Assembly: GCA_036172245.1 (NCBI GenBank) | Contig: JAYWIR010000001.1 | Coordinates: 1,736,001-1,800,000 of the forward strand | From: Raillietiella orientalis | Lineage: Eukaryota | DNA length: 64,000 nt | Reading direction: 5' to 3' | Part shown: positions 52,901 through 64,000 of the stretch, in pieces | Layout: every line of letters begins with the position of its first letter | Numbering within the stretch: the first letter of the stretch is position 1 | Program-made: the position numbers and the translations under genes | The notes under the pieces: model-generated | What the model was told of the DNA's origin: nothing | Database searches by the model: none | Seen by the model: the letters and a program-made list of their open reading frames with translations, nothing else

Positions 52901-54249
52901 GAAATATTATGGAACACTATCATAAAAGAGGGCCGCTTTTTTTAGGGTTTATAAAATCATGTTTTTTTTAGTGGATTATTAAATGAATCCACTGGTAATA
53001 ATATAATTATACACAAAGCATAAACACATGATTCATGTTCTAAATAAGATATACATTTGCTTCAATAATTTAAAATGAAAAAGCATGAACAATTATATAC
53101 TTTATTTTTATAAAAAATTCCTATAAAAAAGCATGAGACCAATTTTTAGTATGAAGATTCTTATATTTTGATCCATTAAATAGGTGTGGGTATAACGTCC
53201 CATCGTTTTGGCACAAATCAGCTTCAGCACGTTCAATAGTGAATACCACAAAGTCCATTTTTCACCTTCAAAAATCAATTACCAATGATCTTAAAACTTA
53301 GAGGATGTGTCGACAGGGCTGTTTCCTATTTTTTTTCTCTTACAATCAAATGTGCACGTACAAAACGAAACAAAAGGAGTATTTAGATCAATCCCGATTT
53401 CTGAATCATGGATTTTTATTTTTCAATATAAGCAGCATTATGATTCACGCAGTCATCCCAACGTCGAAAGAATTCCGTGATTGCATTTGGATTAAACTAC
53501 TCTTAACGTTGAACTAAAGAAGCTAATTTCATTACAATAAAAATGCCTTGTATCCACGAAGATTCTCCCCATGCTTGGTGAAAAGAAGAAAGAACAAGGC
53601 CAAGCCATAGTTTGCCAATGGCAATGTGCCGCCTCTGATCTGATGCTCCAAAGTAGCACTAATGACCAAGGCGGATAAATTCAGTTTCCAATGCATCCAG
53701 CTTATCGGTGAGCCTTACTTGAATCCAAAGAGTCGTCATCACAAACAGTTCTGATTTTTGGATAAATATGTATAGACAAATATGTCATGTTTCCTATTCA
53801 GTAACCGCCTATGCGTCAACAGAACTGATATAATGTCACTGAACTTAGCGTGAACTGTATCACTGGCACGTTTACAATCAAAAGCACTGAAACTTTCTGC
53901 TTATGATTTCTAAGAATTATAGATATAGCTGTTGTTTTAATTCACACGGTCCAATGGGTGATTGCAAACACGTTCTTCCAGTGAGTTCTTGCAGTATGTT
54001 GACACCCATCAATTCATGAGTAGAATTCCGTCAGTCTGAACTAAGTGGTTCATTCTTCCACCCAGTTCGAGGCTCCAATGGAGTACGAATGCATTTTAGA
54101 ATACTCCAATGGAGTTTTTCTATAAGAAAACTTCAAGATGCTATTCTGCAGTGAATTCCGGTTTTTTCTGTAGGAAACAAACGAAAGGCATTTAAGACTT
54201 ACGGATTATTCGGACTTCCAAGCAATGTAACAAGTCCTTGACTTTTCGT

Positions 54250-54900
54250 AAAGCAAGATTCGCATTATTTACCAATTGTCATTACTTACCCAAGGCGAAA
54301 GTGGTATCAAAAGTGCATGGATGCCACAGTCCTGGCATCCTTGGGAGCGCTGAATAAATTTCTAAAAATTCAGAATATTTTTTTTTTCTAGGGAATTTCG
54401 AAATAAGTGTTTAGCTTTAACAAGAACTTTTTAAGGAGGATCTCAGTAAACACGATCTCACTAAATACTGGAACTTCCACTCGTTAGATAGGTCTTGATG
54501 AAATCGAAATCAGTTGGAGAGCCAATTGTATTGTATTGTATTTATCTTAATTGGTTCTGCTAATTTAATTTGAACCCATTATGGCATAATGTAATGGAAA
54601 CTTTAAAGTTCTTCAGCAAGTATTTCCAACATGATTACATTAAGAATCAGCAAGTGCATAAAGTAATATAAGGAAATCGACTCCTTTAAAAAATTTTGGA
54701 TAAAATCTCAAGATAATTTTCAAGTTTTGCACTTTTGACAATTGTCTTTCCTTTCATTTGCACGGTTTCATTAAAATTCAACAGCAATCGAATTTTGGCC
54801 AGTCATTAATCACCTTAATGTAACCATACTGAAGATTTATAATTCATCGTACGATAGGTTCAGATTTGATAGAGTGGAAAGATTGAAATTCAAATATGTT
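54250..54900 (+). mobile_element. Degenerate L1-like RT N-terminal region
   Basis: HSPGILG (SPG.DG), SWR-PIVL across a frameshift (WRPISL), NFKVLQQVFPT*L (DYKIL.K....RL) and SYDR (KAYDR), in the correct order. Confidence 0.45.
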
Positions 54901-55062
54901 TAAATGCCACAAATTCATTTCAAGACATTCTTAAAGCAATAAATGTCCATATATTGTAATTCCTCGCAGCATTGGAAGTCATCTGAAATCCGAACGTGAG
55001 AATTCCATTTGTTCGGTGTATGTTTTGCCGGGAAGTAAATGCATTTCAACTAGCAAAAAACA

Positions 55063-57071
55063 ATGCAGATTTGCGGGTAGGAAATTTCACAAAAAGTTTT
55101 TGAGCCAATTGCACCGAAGTGTGCTAATAATTTTGAATTAAGAGCATTGTCATGTATAGAGTTGAGGTAGGTGTATCATGAAAAATTGGAAAATAATGGA
55201 TTGCACGATATAAAAAAAGTGGACACATCCCCGCCATCTTCGTGTGGAATGTTGGGAATTTCCGAAGGGCATTTATATATATATGAATGCAAAATGTTTC
55301 TTTTCCAACAAATGTGTAATGCATTGATGAAATTTTCATATTAATAAAGAGTGAAGTAAATGTCGTTTTTTTTTTTTTTCTTTATATAATCAGGAAGCCT
55401 TATTTTAAAATGCGGCATTCAAATGATGTAACAATGAATGTATTATATGTTGTGGTGAGTTTATCACTGTTGAATTTGTTACTTTTAGGAAACTTACGGG
55501 GAAAACAGTTTTTATTACTGGAGCAAGTAGAGGAATAGGTGCCTCAATTGCCAAAAAGTTGGCTGAAGATGGAGCTAATATTGTTATAGCAGCCAAGACC
55601 GATAAACCTCATGCAAAACTTCAAGGAACAATCTATACAGTTGCTGAAGAAGGTGCCAAAAATGTAACATGTGCAAAACTTGTGATTCCTCTTTGCAGTG
55701 GAAAAAAGTGGAGGGAAATGCCTACCATGTGTTGTGGATATCAGGCTTGAGGATCAGGTGCAGAATGCAGTAGATGAAGCAGTTAAAAAATTTGGAGGAA
55801 TTGATGTAGTGGTAAATAATGCTAGTGCTATTTCACTGACTGGAACTTTGGACACCCCTATGAAGAAATTCGATTTAATGCATTCAGTGAATGTACGTGG
55901 AACTTACATGGTGTGAGTGATAAGTGCTGCACCTGCTCAACATATCTAAAATAGTTCCAAGATTTGCTTGCCTCATCTTGTCAAGAGTACCAATCCACAT
56001 ATCCTTAACCTAAGTCCCCCACTAAACATGAAACCAACATGGTTCCAGAATAACTTAGCATACACTATGTCAAAATATGGCATGTCCATGTGTGTGCTGG
56101 GAATGGCTGAGGAGTTTAGGCATAGCAAAGTAGCTGTGAATGCTCTTTGGCCTCGTACAGGTGCAATGAGACATTGAGAGTGAAAATTCGCAATTAATTT
56201 CTGCCCTGTGCAGCCATTATGACAGCTGCAATGGAGATGCTTGCTGGTGATAAAAATATAGCTGACAATTGCCGCCACCCTACTATTGTAGCTGATGCTG
56301 CATATGCCATTTTGTGCAAGGATAGCAGTGGCTATTCTGGTAATTTCGCCATAGATGAGACTGTGTTACTAGATGCTGGCATTACTGATTTTAAGCAATA
56401 TGCTGTGCATCCAGGTAAACCATAATCTTAAGCACACCTGTTTCATAAACACAGGCAATGAACTTTTGTTGGACTTTTTCCTGGATGATGACAGGATTGA
56501 AGCAAGTTCTACAAAAGAAAGGACTATTTCAATGAAATCCATAAAAGATTTGAGCTCTGGATCCAAGAAAAATAGAAACAATAGTCAGATCAGCAATGGA
56601 GTAATTACAGCAGATATAGACAGAGTATTCCATTCCATTCAGGATTCAATCACTCAAGAGGTTGTGCAGAAAGTGAATGCTGTATATCATTTTCGAATTA
56701 GTGGTGAGGTTGTGAAGAATGTTGTATGCACTTATTACAAGTCATCTTAGGTGAAGATGCACAAACAGTATGGTACATAGACCTTAAAAATGAACCTGGA
56801 AAAGCAGGTTCTGGAGAAGGCATATGTGAACCCGATGTTGTCTTCTTCATGGAGATGAAAAACTTCAGAGACATATTTCTTGGTAAATATGAGGAAAAGT
56901 AGTCTAGATTTTCAACCCACATTGATTTAATTAGGTCGTCTTTCACCCACCCTGGCTTTCATGTCAGGAAAAATGAAAATTGTTGGTGATATAAACAAAG
57001 CTAGAAAACTAGATACACTATTGCAAACATGGAAATCGAAGGATAAACTAAACAACATGGAAAGCCATTAA
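55063..57071 (+). CDS. HSDL2: Hydroxysteroid dehydrogenase-like protein 2 (SDR plus C-terminal SCP2 domain); exons 55063-55076 (inferred), 55489-55652, 55699-55912, 55955-56160, 56214-56414, 56455-56703, 56751-56882, 56935-57071
   Basis: TVFITGASRGIG, GANIVIAAKT, VVNNASAISLT, YTMSKYGMS (YxxxK), VNALWPRT, DFFLD, then WYIDLKN..G..GSG and AFMSGKMKIVGD. Six internal introns are 40-53 nt. The first exon is uncertain (alternative ATG at 55447). Confidence 0.95.
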
Positions 57072-57104
57072 ACAAAGCAAAAATAAAAATTTATAATTTC
57101 CGAA

Positions 57105-57737
57105 TTAGACTTCTTTAATTTCTCTCAATCTGCGCACTGCAGAGCGCACCATAGCAGCTGATGTAGTGCTGTACAACCATGCTCCTCCAGCAACTGTGCG
57201 TTTACATCGCTGACAATGCCAAACACCAACTACCTTTCTTTTCATGCTTTCCTGTAACAAAAAAACAAGTTAGCAGGAACAGTACAATACAATTAATATA
57301 CCTTTCCACAAAAAGTGCAGGTGTACTTAGCATGCTGAGTTATTTCCATTTTTTTAATTGTTTTTCTAAGAGATGCTCCATATCGAGTCCCATACTTCCC
57401 CACAATTCCAACCTTCTTGGTACGTTTGGCCTTCAAAGCAATAACAGCATAAATAATAAGCAAGATGCCACATGGTCATTCACAATAATCTTAAAAGTAG
57501 CGTTTTGAAATGACTGTGGGCCCTGTATTAATTAGCATTGGTTTGGATGAACTGTAGAAACCACCTGAAGGCACCACAGTATTTTTGTTCCACCTTTAAA
57601 ATTTCAACAATGCGGCCACAAAATTTAATCGAAAAGTGAACTGGACATTCACATATTAAATTCATAAAATGGAAAAGTAAAGAGAACTATCAGTGCTTTT
57701 TTGAAACACATTTGAATTAGATCACAAGCTGCACCAT
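57105..57737 (-). CDS. RPL37A: 60S ribosomal protein L37a (eL43); ATG exon about 57737-57735 (inferred), exons 57430-57302 and 57251-57105
   Basis: [91 protein letters not shown]. The ORF track misses this gene. The start position is inferred from the nearest ATG|GT. Confidence 0.95.
57512..57645 (-). ncRNA. Candidate intronic H/ACA snoRNA in RPL37A intron 1
   Basis: About 135 nt: hairpin (GTTCACTTTT/AAAGGTGGAAC), ANANNA (AAAATA), second hairpin (TGGTTT/AAACCA), then ACA plus 3 nt. Ribosomal-protein introns commonly host snoRNAs. Confidence 0.3.
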
Positions 57738-60700
57738 GCTTAGGGATCGTGGGCTATCACTTTCAAATACATTACTTACTTGGCTTAATATGTTTATTTA
57801 TAAGTTACGCAAAAAATTACTTAAGAATCGCACTCATGATCGGGTAGCAATTTTAAACGTTTTACGCACTGATTTTTACTAAGCTTAAAGTACATTCATG
57901 TATCATCGTTTAAAACAATTAAATGACTGCCACTTGCGAAAAATCCCCCTCGAAACAACGAAACAAAACTTATCCATGTATAATGACGGACTAGTTTTTG
58001 TTCCTAGATGAATAAAAATTAAGAATCAAATCGTTCAATTATGTGCAAACACGGGAATGCTCGTTTTGAAAAATTGCTCAAGCATACAGCTTTAACTGTG
58101 CAAGCAAACGAGATTAAAATAACCGTGCATTTTCGTAGAAGTTTTTCCACGAAAAACTTCTTTACCAGTAAGCTACACTACAAATTGGTTGCTTGAATGC
58201 AAATCATCTACAAATTAACCCATAATCTTTTACTTGATGTTTGTATTCAGTTTGAATACAAAAGAACACAAACACATACTTTAGACAACTTATTTTAAAA
58301 TAAATACTTTGTGGCCTTCAATACTACATTTAAAATACAAAAATAATGAATTGTTAGTTTACAAAAATTACCATTGCTTTCTGACTGCACGACAGGAAAT
58401 ACTATCCCATTACTACCAAGTGTGCTCACATTCACAAATCCATTTCTCCAATAAATTTAGAATTCCATTATTATTAATACTTGCAAGGCTTTAATAATTA
58501 TGGATTGCATTTAATCCTACTCAATTAGAATTATACTCTTGTTATGATATCTGCAGTCTCCTGAATGAATTTTCAAAACTATCTTAATGCATTTTAGACT
58601 ATTTCCTCCACAGTTCAAGCTCAAATTTTGATACGTTCAAACTAAAGAAAGTTTCTGCTCTGTTTTTGTACTCCATGTGAGATGATTAAATTTAAGACGA
58701 TGTGAGTAAGTGGAAATCGATTTTCATTCTTAGATAATTTAATGTCACACTATTTATGTGAAAATCCTCCGCATAATAATGGGCTAAAAAAAACTGGAAG
58801 GAAAAAAAATGAAAAGGATAAACAAGGGTTGATTTCTAAGGAAGTGTAATATCTTATTCCATTCATTTAATTGTAAGCCTCTCGACAGATTGATTTTTTT
58901 CTTTGAAATTAATAATTGTCAAATATTCTGTTTTTATCCCTTATAGCAACAATAAATGTAACACAAAAATACTTTACTCAACAAATTTTAGGAAAAGAAA
59001 ATCTGAATTTTTGCTGTTCACTGTTCCTGTTTTTTTTCATTCATTACACAAAAGGTCAGAAAAATTTTTCCACGATTGCTTAGATTAAATTGCCATTATG
59101 GAAAGTTTATTTGGAATTTGTAGTGCTTATCATCTTTAATTTCTCTTCTTGCACTCACTGATAGGATATCTCTGTGCTGATATTTTCTATTTACTACACA
59201 TGTACGAAATTTAGTTCTTAATATAGGATTTGGAATAAAAAAGTGCGCTTCGATTTGTAGAGCTATATGAGATTTCACTTCATTGATGCAATCTCAGATC
59301 GTTTTACGAAGACAAATTGTATGATGACTGAAGGCGCAGTCGCTCACAAATACAGAGTTCCTGTCGGTGTGGTTCGTATAATCAAAAATGATAATACAGT
59401 ATTTATTTGATCATTCCTATTTTCGAATTCAGAAAATTAATGTCTTTGTTTCAACAAACTCCCAAACTTTTATCCGTTTAAACAGGTAAGGAAAGTGCCT
59501 TTCGTTTCAGGTTGCTATCTCCGTACGTTAAAAGTTAAAATATGTCTTTTTTCTCAAGAACGGAAAATCACAAGAATTGAATCCATTTTTTTCATATTTA
59601 CATAACATAGATACCAATTGATGACATAAAAGTAATGCCACATTCTTAAATGAAAGCCTGAATTTCTGCCATCCGTATTCCGTTTCCTGCTAACCTACGT
59701 TTAAGCCACAGAGAACTGGGATGAAATCGTGAAAATTATCTTCTTTACTATGAGAGCGACTGTTTTTCTGCGGAATAAGCAGCTCTGGATTTCGTACACT
59801 CGAGTAAGATACATGGCAATGCTTTCTTTCATGATTTCTCCACAACGGAGTTATTGGAAGCGAAGTCATGTGTGTGCGTGCGTTTTTTCATACGAAAGAC
59901 TGAAGAATGCAAATGTTTGCCGAATCCAACAAGGCTTCCACGACAGCCCAAATGATAGAAATTGTGGCAAAATGCAAATTATTGCAATGTTTTAAAATCG
60001 CTGTCGTGTTTTACTCGGTTTTAAGGGAGGGGGGCAATTAATTTCAAGAGTCTTTGGAGTCGTCAAAGGTCCCTAAGGATACTCACGAATATACTTAAAC
60101 TGATCGAGCTGCACTTGGGATGAAATGACTTCATGAACAAAAAAATTGTGGATAAAGTCTTGAAAACGGAGGAAATTTGAATATTGCTTTAGCATCCCTA
60201 GGAGAGATAACAGATTTGTTTTCTTATTTAGGATCTGGTGTTGCAAGTCAAAGCTTCTCGTTCGATTCCTGAATTCCACGTTCCGTTTGCTCTTTTTTGC
60301 GTTCCTTCGCTGCTTTCTTTGTCAATCCGTAAGCTTTCCGTTTCTTTCATCCGCAGTTTTGAAGAACTCTGAAGAATTTGAAACTTTTCGAGAGACGAGA
60401 GCAAACCATAACTTTGGGAAGAATCCACACACAAGAAGAAATTTTGTTTATTTTTCTTGCTCGTGCTTATTTGGATAGGATGTGTCAGCTCCGAGGCCTC
60501 TGGGCACGTGTGCACCACGCTTGAACGAGGATCCAGGGATGATCACATTACATAACCCGCGGAGTTGAAAATACTCATCCTCGATCACTCTTTCGATTGG
60601 TTTCCGGTGTGTCAGGTGTTGTGGCGGGCAGTGTACTTGAGTGTTGCACCTCTGTCGGTTTGGTGCTGGCCGTTTTGCTTAATTAGGTGTTTTGCAGAAT

Positions 60701-62899
60701 ACCCGCCACCGTGTTTTGCTTTCTCTGGGAACACTTTCCTCATGAGGGCCTGACGTCCCATTATCGCGAATAGCCGATTCAGGAGCTGCTCCAAATCAGC
60801 TGACGTTATTTAACAAGTTGAATAGTTAGGGAAGATCATTTCAATATTGAGGAAGGGGGAATTTACCGGGCGGCAAAAAGCAATTTCGTATTCAGGATGC
60901 AAGCATCTGAGCAGGATATGTACCAGCTCCACGTCCATCTTTATTTTGGTTACATCAGAACTAATCATCCACAGATTGCAATGCCAGTCTAGAGCTACGG
61001 GACGCACTTAGCAGACGGTACTTTTATGTTGCCGTTGTACAGGTTCTGTAATGGCAAAATGCCTTGAGCTGAATTTGGGTTTCGAAATATCTTTGGACTT
61101 TAAAAAATGGAATGACGTCAGAGCGATGGTTCTCTTCTGGGTCTTCATTTCATTTTCCCGCTGATCTGAACGATCAGCACTCGGCAACGGCCTCCGCCTT
61201 ATGGTGTGCTCATGGATGGTTTGGAAAGCATCTCTTTAGCATGACACTGTAATGAGTGTTCCAGGAAATTCGAATAATCTTCCTCGTCCTCGTTTCGCTC
61301 TTGCATCCTTCCGTGCGTGCGAATCCTATTCTCTACTAAGTGATGCATCATCTCTCATCATCGTCATTCGGTTCTATTACTGCAAGGGAGAGCAGCCTCA
61401 GTCCGGTTCTCTACCACCGACGCAGAGGTCATCAGAGACCTGTTTGAAGTGATGGTAAGATAGCTGGCCATTGATTCTTTGGATTGGGAAACACGCTCCA
61501 TGCAAGTGTGTTCCAGAAAGAAAGCTTGGACTCTTTGTCCACAGCCAGAAGCTGTATCTGTTTTCCCAGAACGTATACTTTTATTTAATAACAGGCACTC
61601 TTTTAACTCTAGCAGAAGTTTGTTTAAATAGCTCCTGTTTTTATGTCGCGAATCGCTTTTTGCATACAAATAAGCAATTCATGTACATCAGAATGTGTAT
61701 GTGGCGCGTTTTGTACGCTTTTCAGAAAATAAACGGAACTTCCATAAATTCTGGATATTTTTTTGTTTGAAGGAAAAAAGCGCACTGAAATCCAAGCTTT
61801 ATGCTTTCTTTCGTACTATCCATCCCATACATTTCTTGAACCCAAACCTCGCCATGCAAACGGGAATCCTAAATTCAACGTTTTCCTTATACAGTTTAGG
61901 GTCCTTTTCCATTTCTTTTCCTTTTTTTCCCCAAGGTCGTTATGATTAATCAAGATTATTGAATCACGAGAGAAAGGAAGCAGGAAAAAACCTCTGTTTT
62001 TCTTTTTTTTTTTCTGAAGTACAGCAAAAAATTAGTTCCTCATGTTGCTGCTGCTGGTATGAGCACTCTTGCGGAACTCGGTGCCCAGTAAGCAGTGAAG
62101 ATGGAACCAAAGGAAAGGCAGATAAAGGTAATACCTTAACCAGCTCTTTCAAACGGGAACTACTGTGACTTCCGAGTTTTCCACATGCCTTTAATCCCCC
62201 AGGAGCGTAGTCCCCTCAGTGCTTTTCATCTTGTTTTCTCTTCCGAGTATGCACCTTTATGCAAAAATCACATTATTTCATTACTGTTTTGCCAAAGAAA
62301 GAGAAAAAAAAAAAAAAAGGTAAAGTCCACCCTTTAAGCCGATGCTTTCGGTCCTATAAACCCCAATGGTTGCTCCTGACCGCCCATGTGTGCTCTGTGG
62401 ACATTCACGTCTTGCTAAATTTTGCATTGCAATGCCTACAACCTACTTTCCGCTCGGTCCTTGATCGCGATACAGTAGAAAGTAGGTTTTTCAAACGACC
62501 GGAAAATGTTCGGTAGGGATGTCGGTGATCTCAGGTCGAATTTCTTGACCCGACATACTTTTTCCCCATTCCCTGTAAAAATTCCGACTGGGGGATCCGC
62601 TCAGTGAAACTTCTTGCTGGACCCGAAGTGCAGGAGGAATCCGGGCAGAGTGCCTTGCACCTTCATCATCTGCACGTTTCTCATTTGCATAGAGTGCCTC
62701 CTCGTCTTCCCACTCGCCATTCTGCTTTTTCATCTCTCCTCGGAATTATCCCGAGCGGTCGGGATGCATTGCCGGTAGAAGGAAGGGAGTTCTGGAAGGA
62801 ACAGATGGATCCGCTCCCTTCGCTTTTCACCTTACTGTCCATCGCTCCTCAGACCTGCTTCAGTTCATGGGACGAGAACGCACGTCTTACACTGCCTTG

Positions 62900-63300
62900 A
62901 GCCTTTTCAATACTGCATTACAAAAGCGTGTGACCTGGGAGACCGTGTGGGTGAATTTGACCAGTTCGTAAATGGTCAGTTTGCTCGAGGTGCATGCTCT
63001 GCACCCCTCTCCGGGTGTCAGGAAGCAGATGCTTCAAAAATTCCCATGTGGTAAAAGTGAAAATGCTTTTGTTTTGTGGGCAGGCGATGCTGGAAAGGCT
63101 CTAGCTTGAGACTTATTATTTTCTTGATCATTCTGCCATCGGTTTCGCTCTTGGACGACAAAATTGCAGATCTCAGTGACCACTCGGCGTGGCTTGCCGT
63201 CTTCAAATTCATGGACCGCGCGATCACCGCCCCAGTGATGGCATGGGGCGCAGAAAAAATTGCAGGCGTTGGCGTATATATTCGGGGTCACGGATTAATT
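62900..63300 (-). mobile_element. Possible degenerate L1-like ORF2 C-terminal fragment
   Basis: FQHRLPTK followed, across a frameshift, by GCRAC. This resembles H..LPT....CxxC. Confidence 0.3.
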
Positions 63301-63404
63301 AATTGGTCAATGAATTGATATTTAATCAGGTGAATTCATATTGCTCCTGGCCTATTTCATGAAGCCCTTTTAAATGATTTTTTTCTGCTTTCCCATTTTG
63401 TTTT

Positions 63405-64000
63405 AAAAAAAGGCCAGTAGTGACCTCACCAGGAGATAGTTACTATTAGACCGTGTACTATTGGACCGGTCATGTGGCCACGGTCATTAAAATCCTCAGC
63501 CATGTCTCTATCTATCAATACCGCGCACGTCCATTACATTCTGTGAAATGATAAGGTTAGTAAAGGAGTGGTGAAAACATAAGAAATCTCAAGTGAAAGC
63601 GAACCTGATTTACAGTAGGTACCGTTTAATATAAAATAAGTAAGACAGTGACGGGTTATGTAATGTGAAATTGGGGGAATGATATGTTTTGGGAATCCTT
63701 TTAGGAATTGGTTCCCCCCCCCCAGCCCTATTGTTCTCTTTTTCGACCCGTGATCGCCATGTGTGTTTTCGTCTGCTCCATCCGTTCCTGGACGCCTGCA
63801 GCTTCGGTTCCTCCAGCGACACGGATGCGCTTCCTTTCTTTCGGCGTGCTTCCTATTCGTAGCTTTCTACGTGGGACTTCAGGAGGGAAAAGACCTACTG
63901 AACGGATTAATCATGGCGCTTCGTTCATCACGTTCATAGTGACCTGCCGCTGGCGCGTCCTGAGCTCTTGAGCTCGCTCGTGACCTGTCTTGCTGTAAGC
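63405..64000 (-). mobile_element. 3' end of a retroelement (probable LINE) carrying the same terminal stem-loop as SINE copy B
   Basis: 63411-63447 matches 43105-43142 at 35/38 nt and is followed on the minus strand by T7 and an A-rich tail. Upstream sequence is unrelated to the SINE body. Confidence 0.6.

Overview
Eukaryotic (metazoan, invertebrate-like) genomic DNA, not prokaryotic. Five intron-containing host genes can be modelled from the sequence: a KLF15-like zinc-finger gene, LC3/ATG8, a RETREG/FAM134-like reticulon-domain gene, HSDL2 and RPL37A. Most of their introns are only 40-60 nt. Much of the remaining DNA looks like decayed L1/Tx1-type LINE sequence. Two near-perfect large inverted duplications dominate the architecture. 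IR1 pairs 1-3790 with 12186-15975 and probably continues left of the window. IR2 pairs 29219-32282 with 41157-45333 and brackets the KLF15-like and LC3 genes. The most notable element is a family of long tRNA-headed retroposons with three members here. The youngest copy (43082-44187, minus) is 1.1 kb with an 11-bp TSD and a poly(A) tail. It has no Pol III terminator on its sense strand, six CUUCGG motifs, helices that covary between copies, and a 3' stem-loop shared with a probable LINE end at 63412. It is present in only one IR2 arm, where it inserted into an older member of its own family. The long Arg/Pro/Ala-rich ORFs in the GC-rich blocks are judged non-coding. All alignments and compositions were done by eye, and no database was searched.
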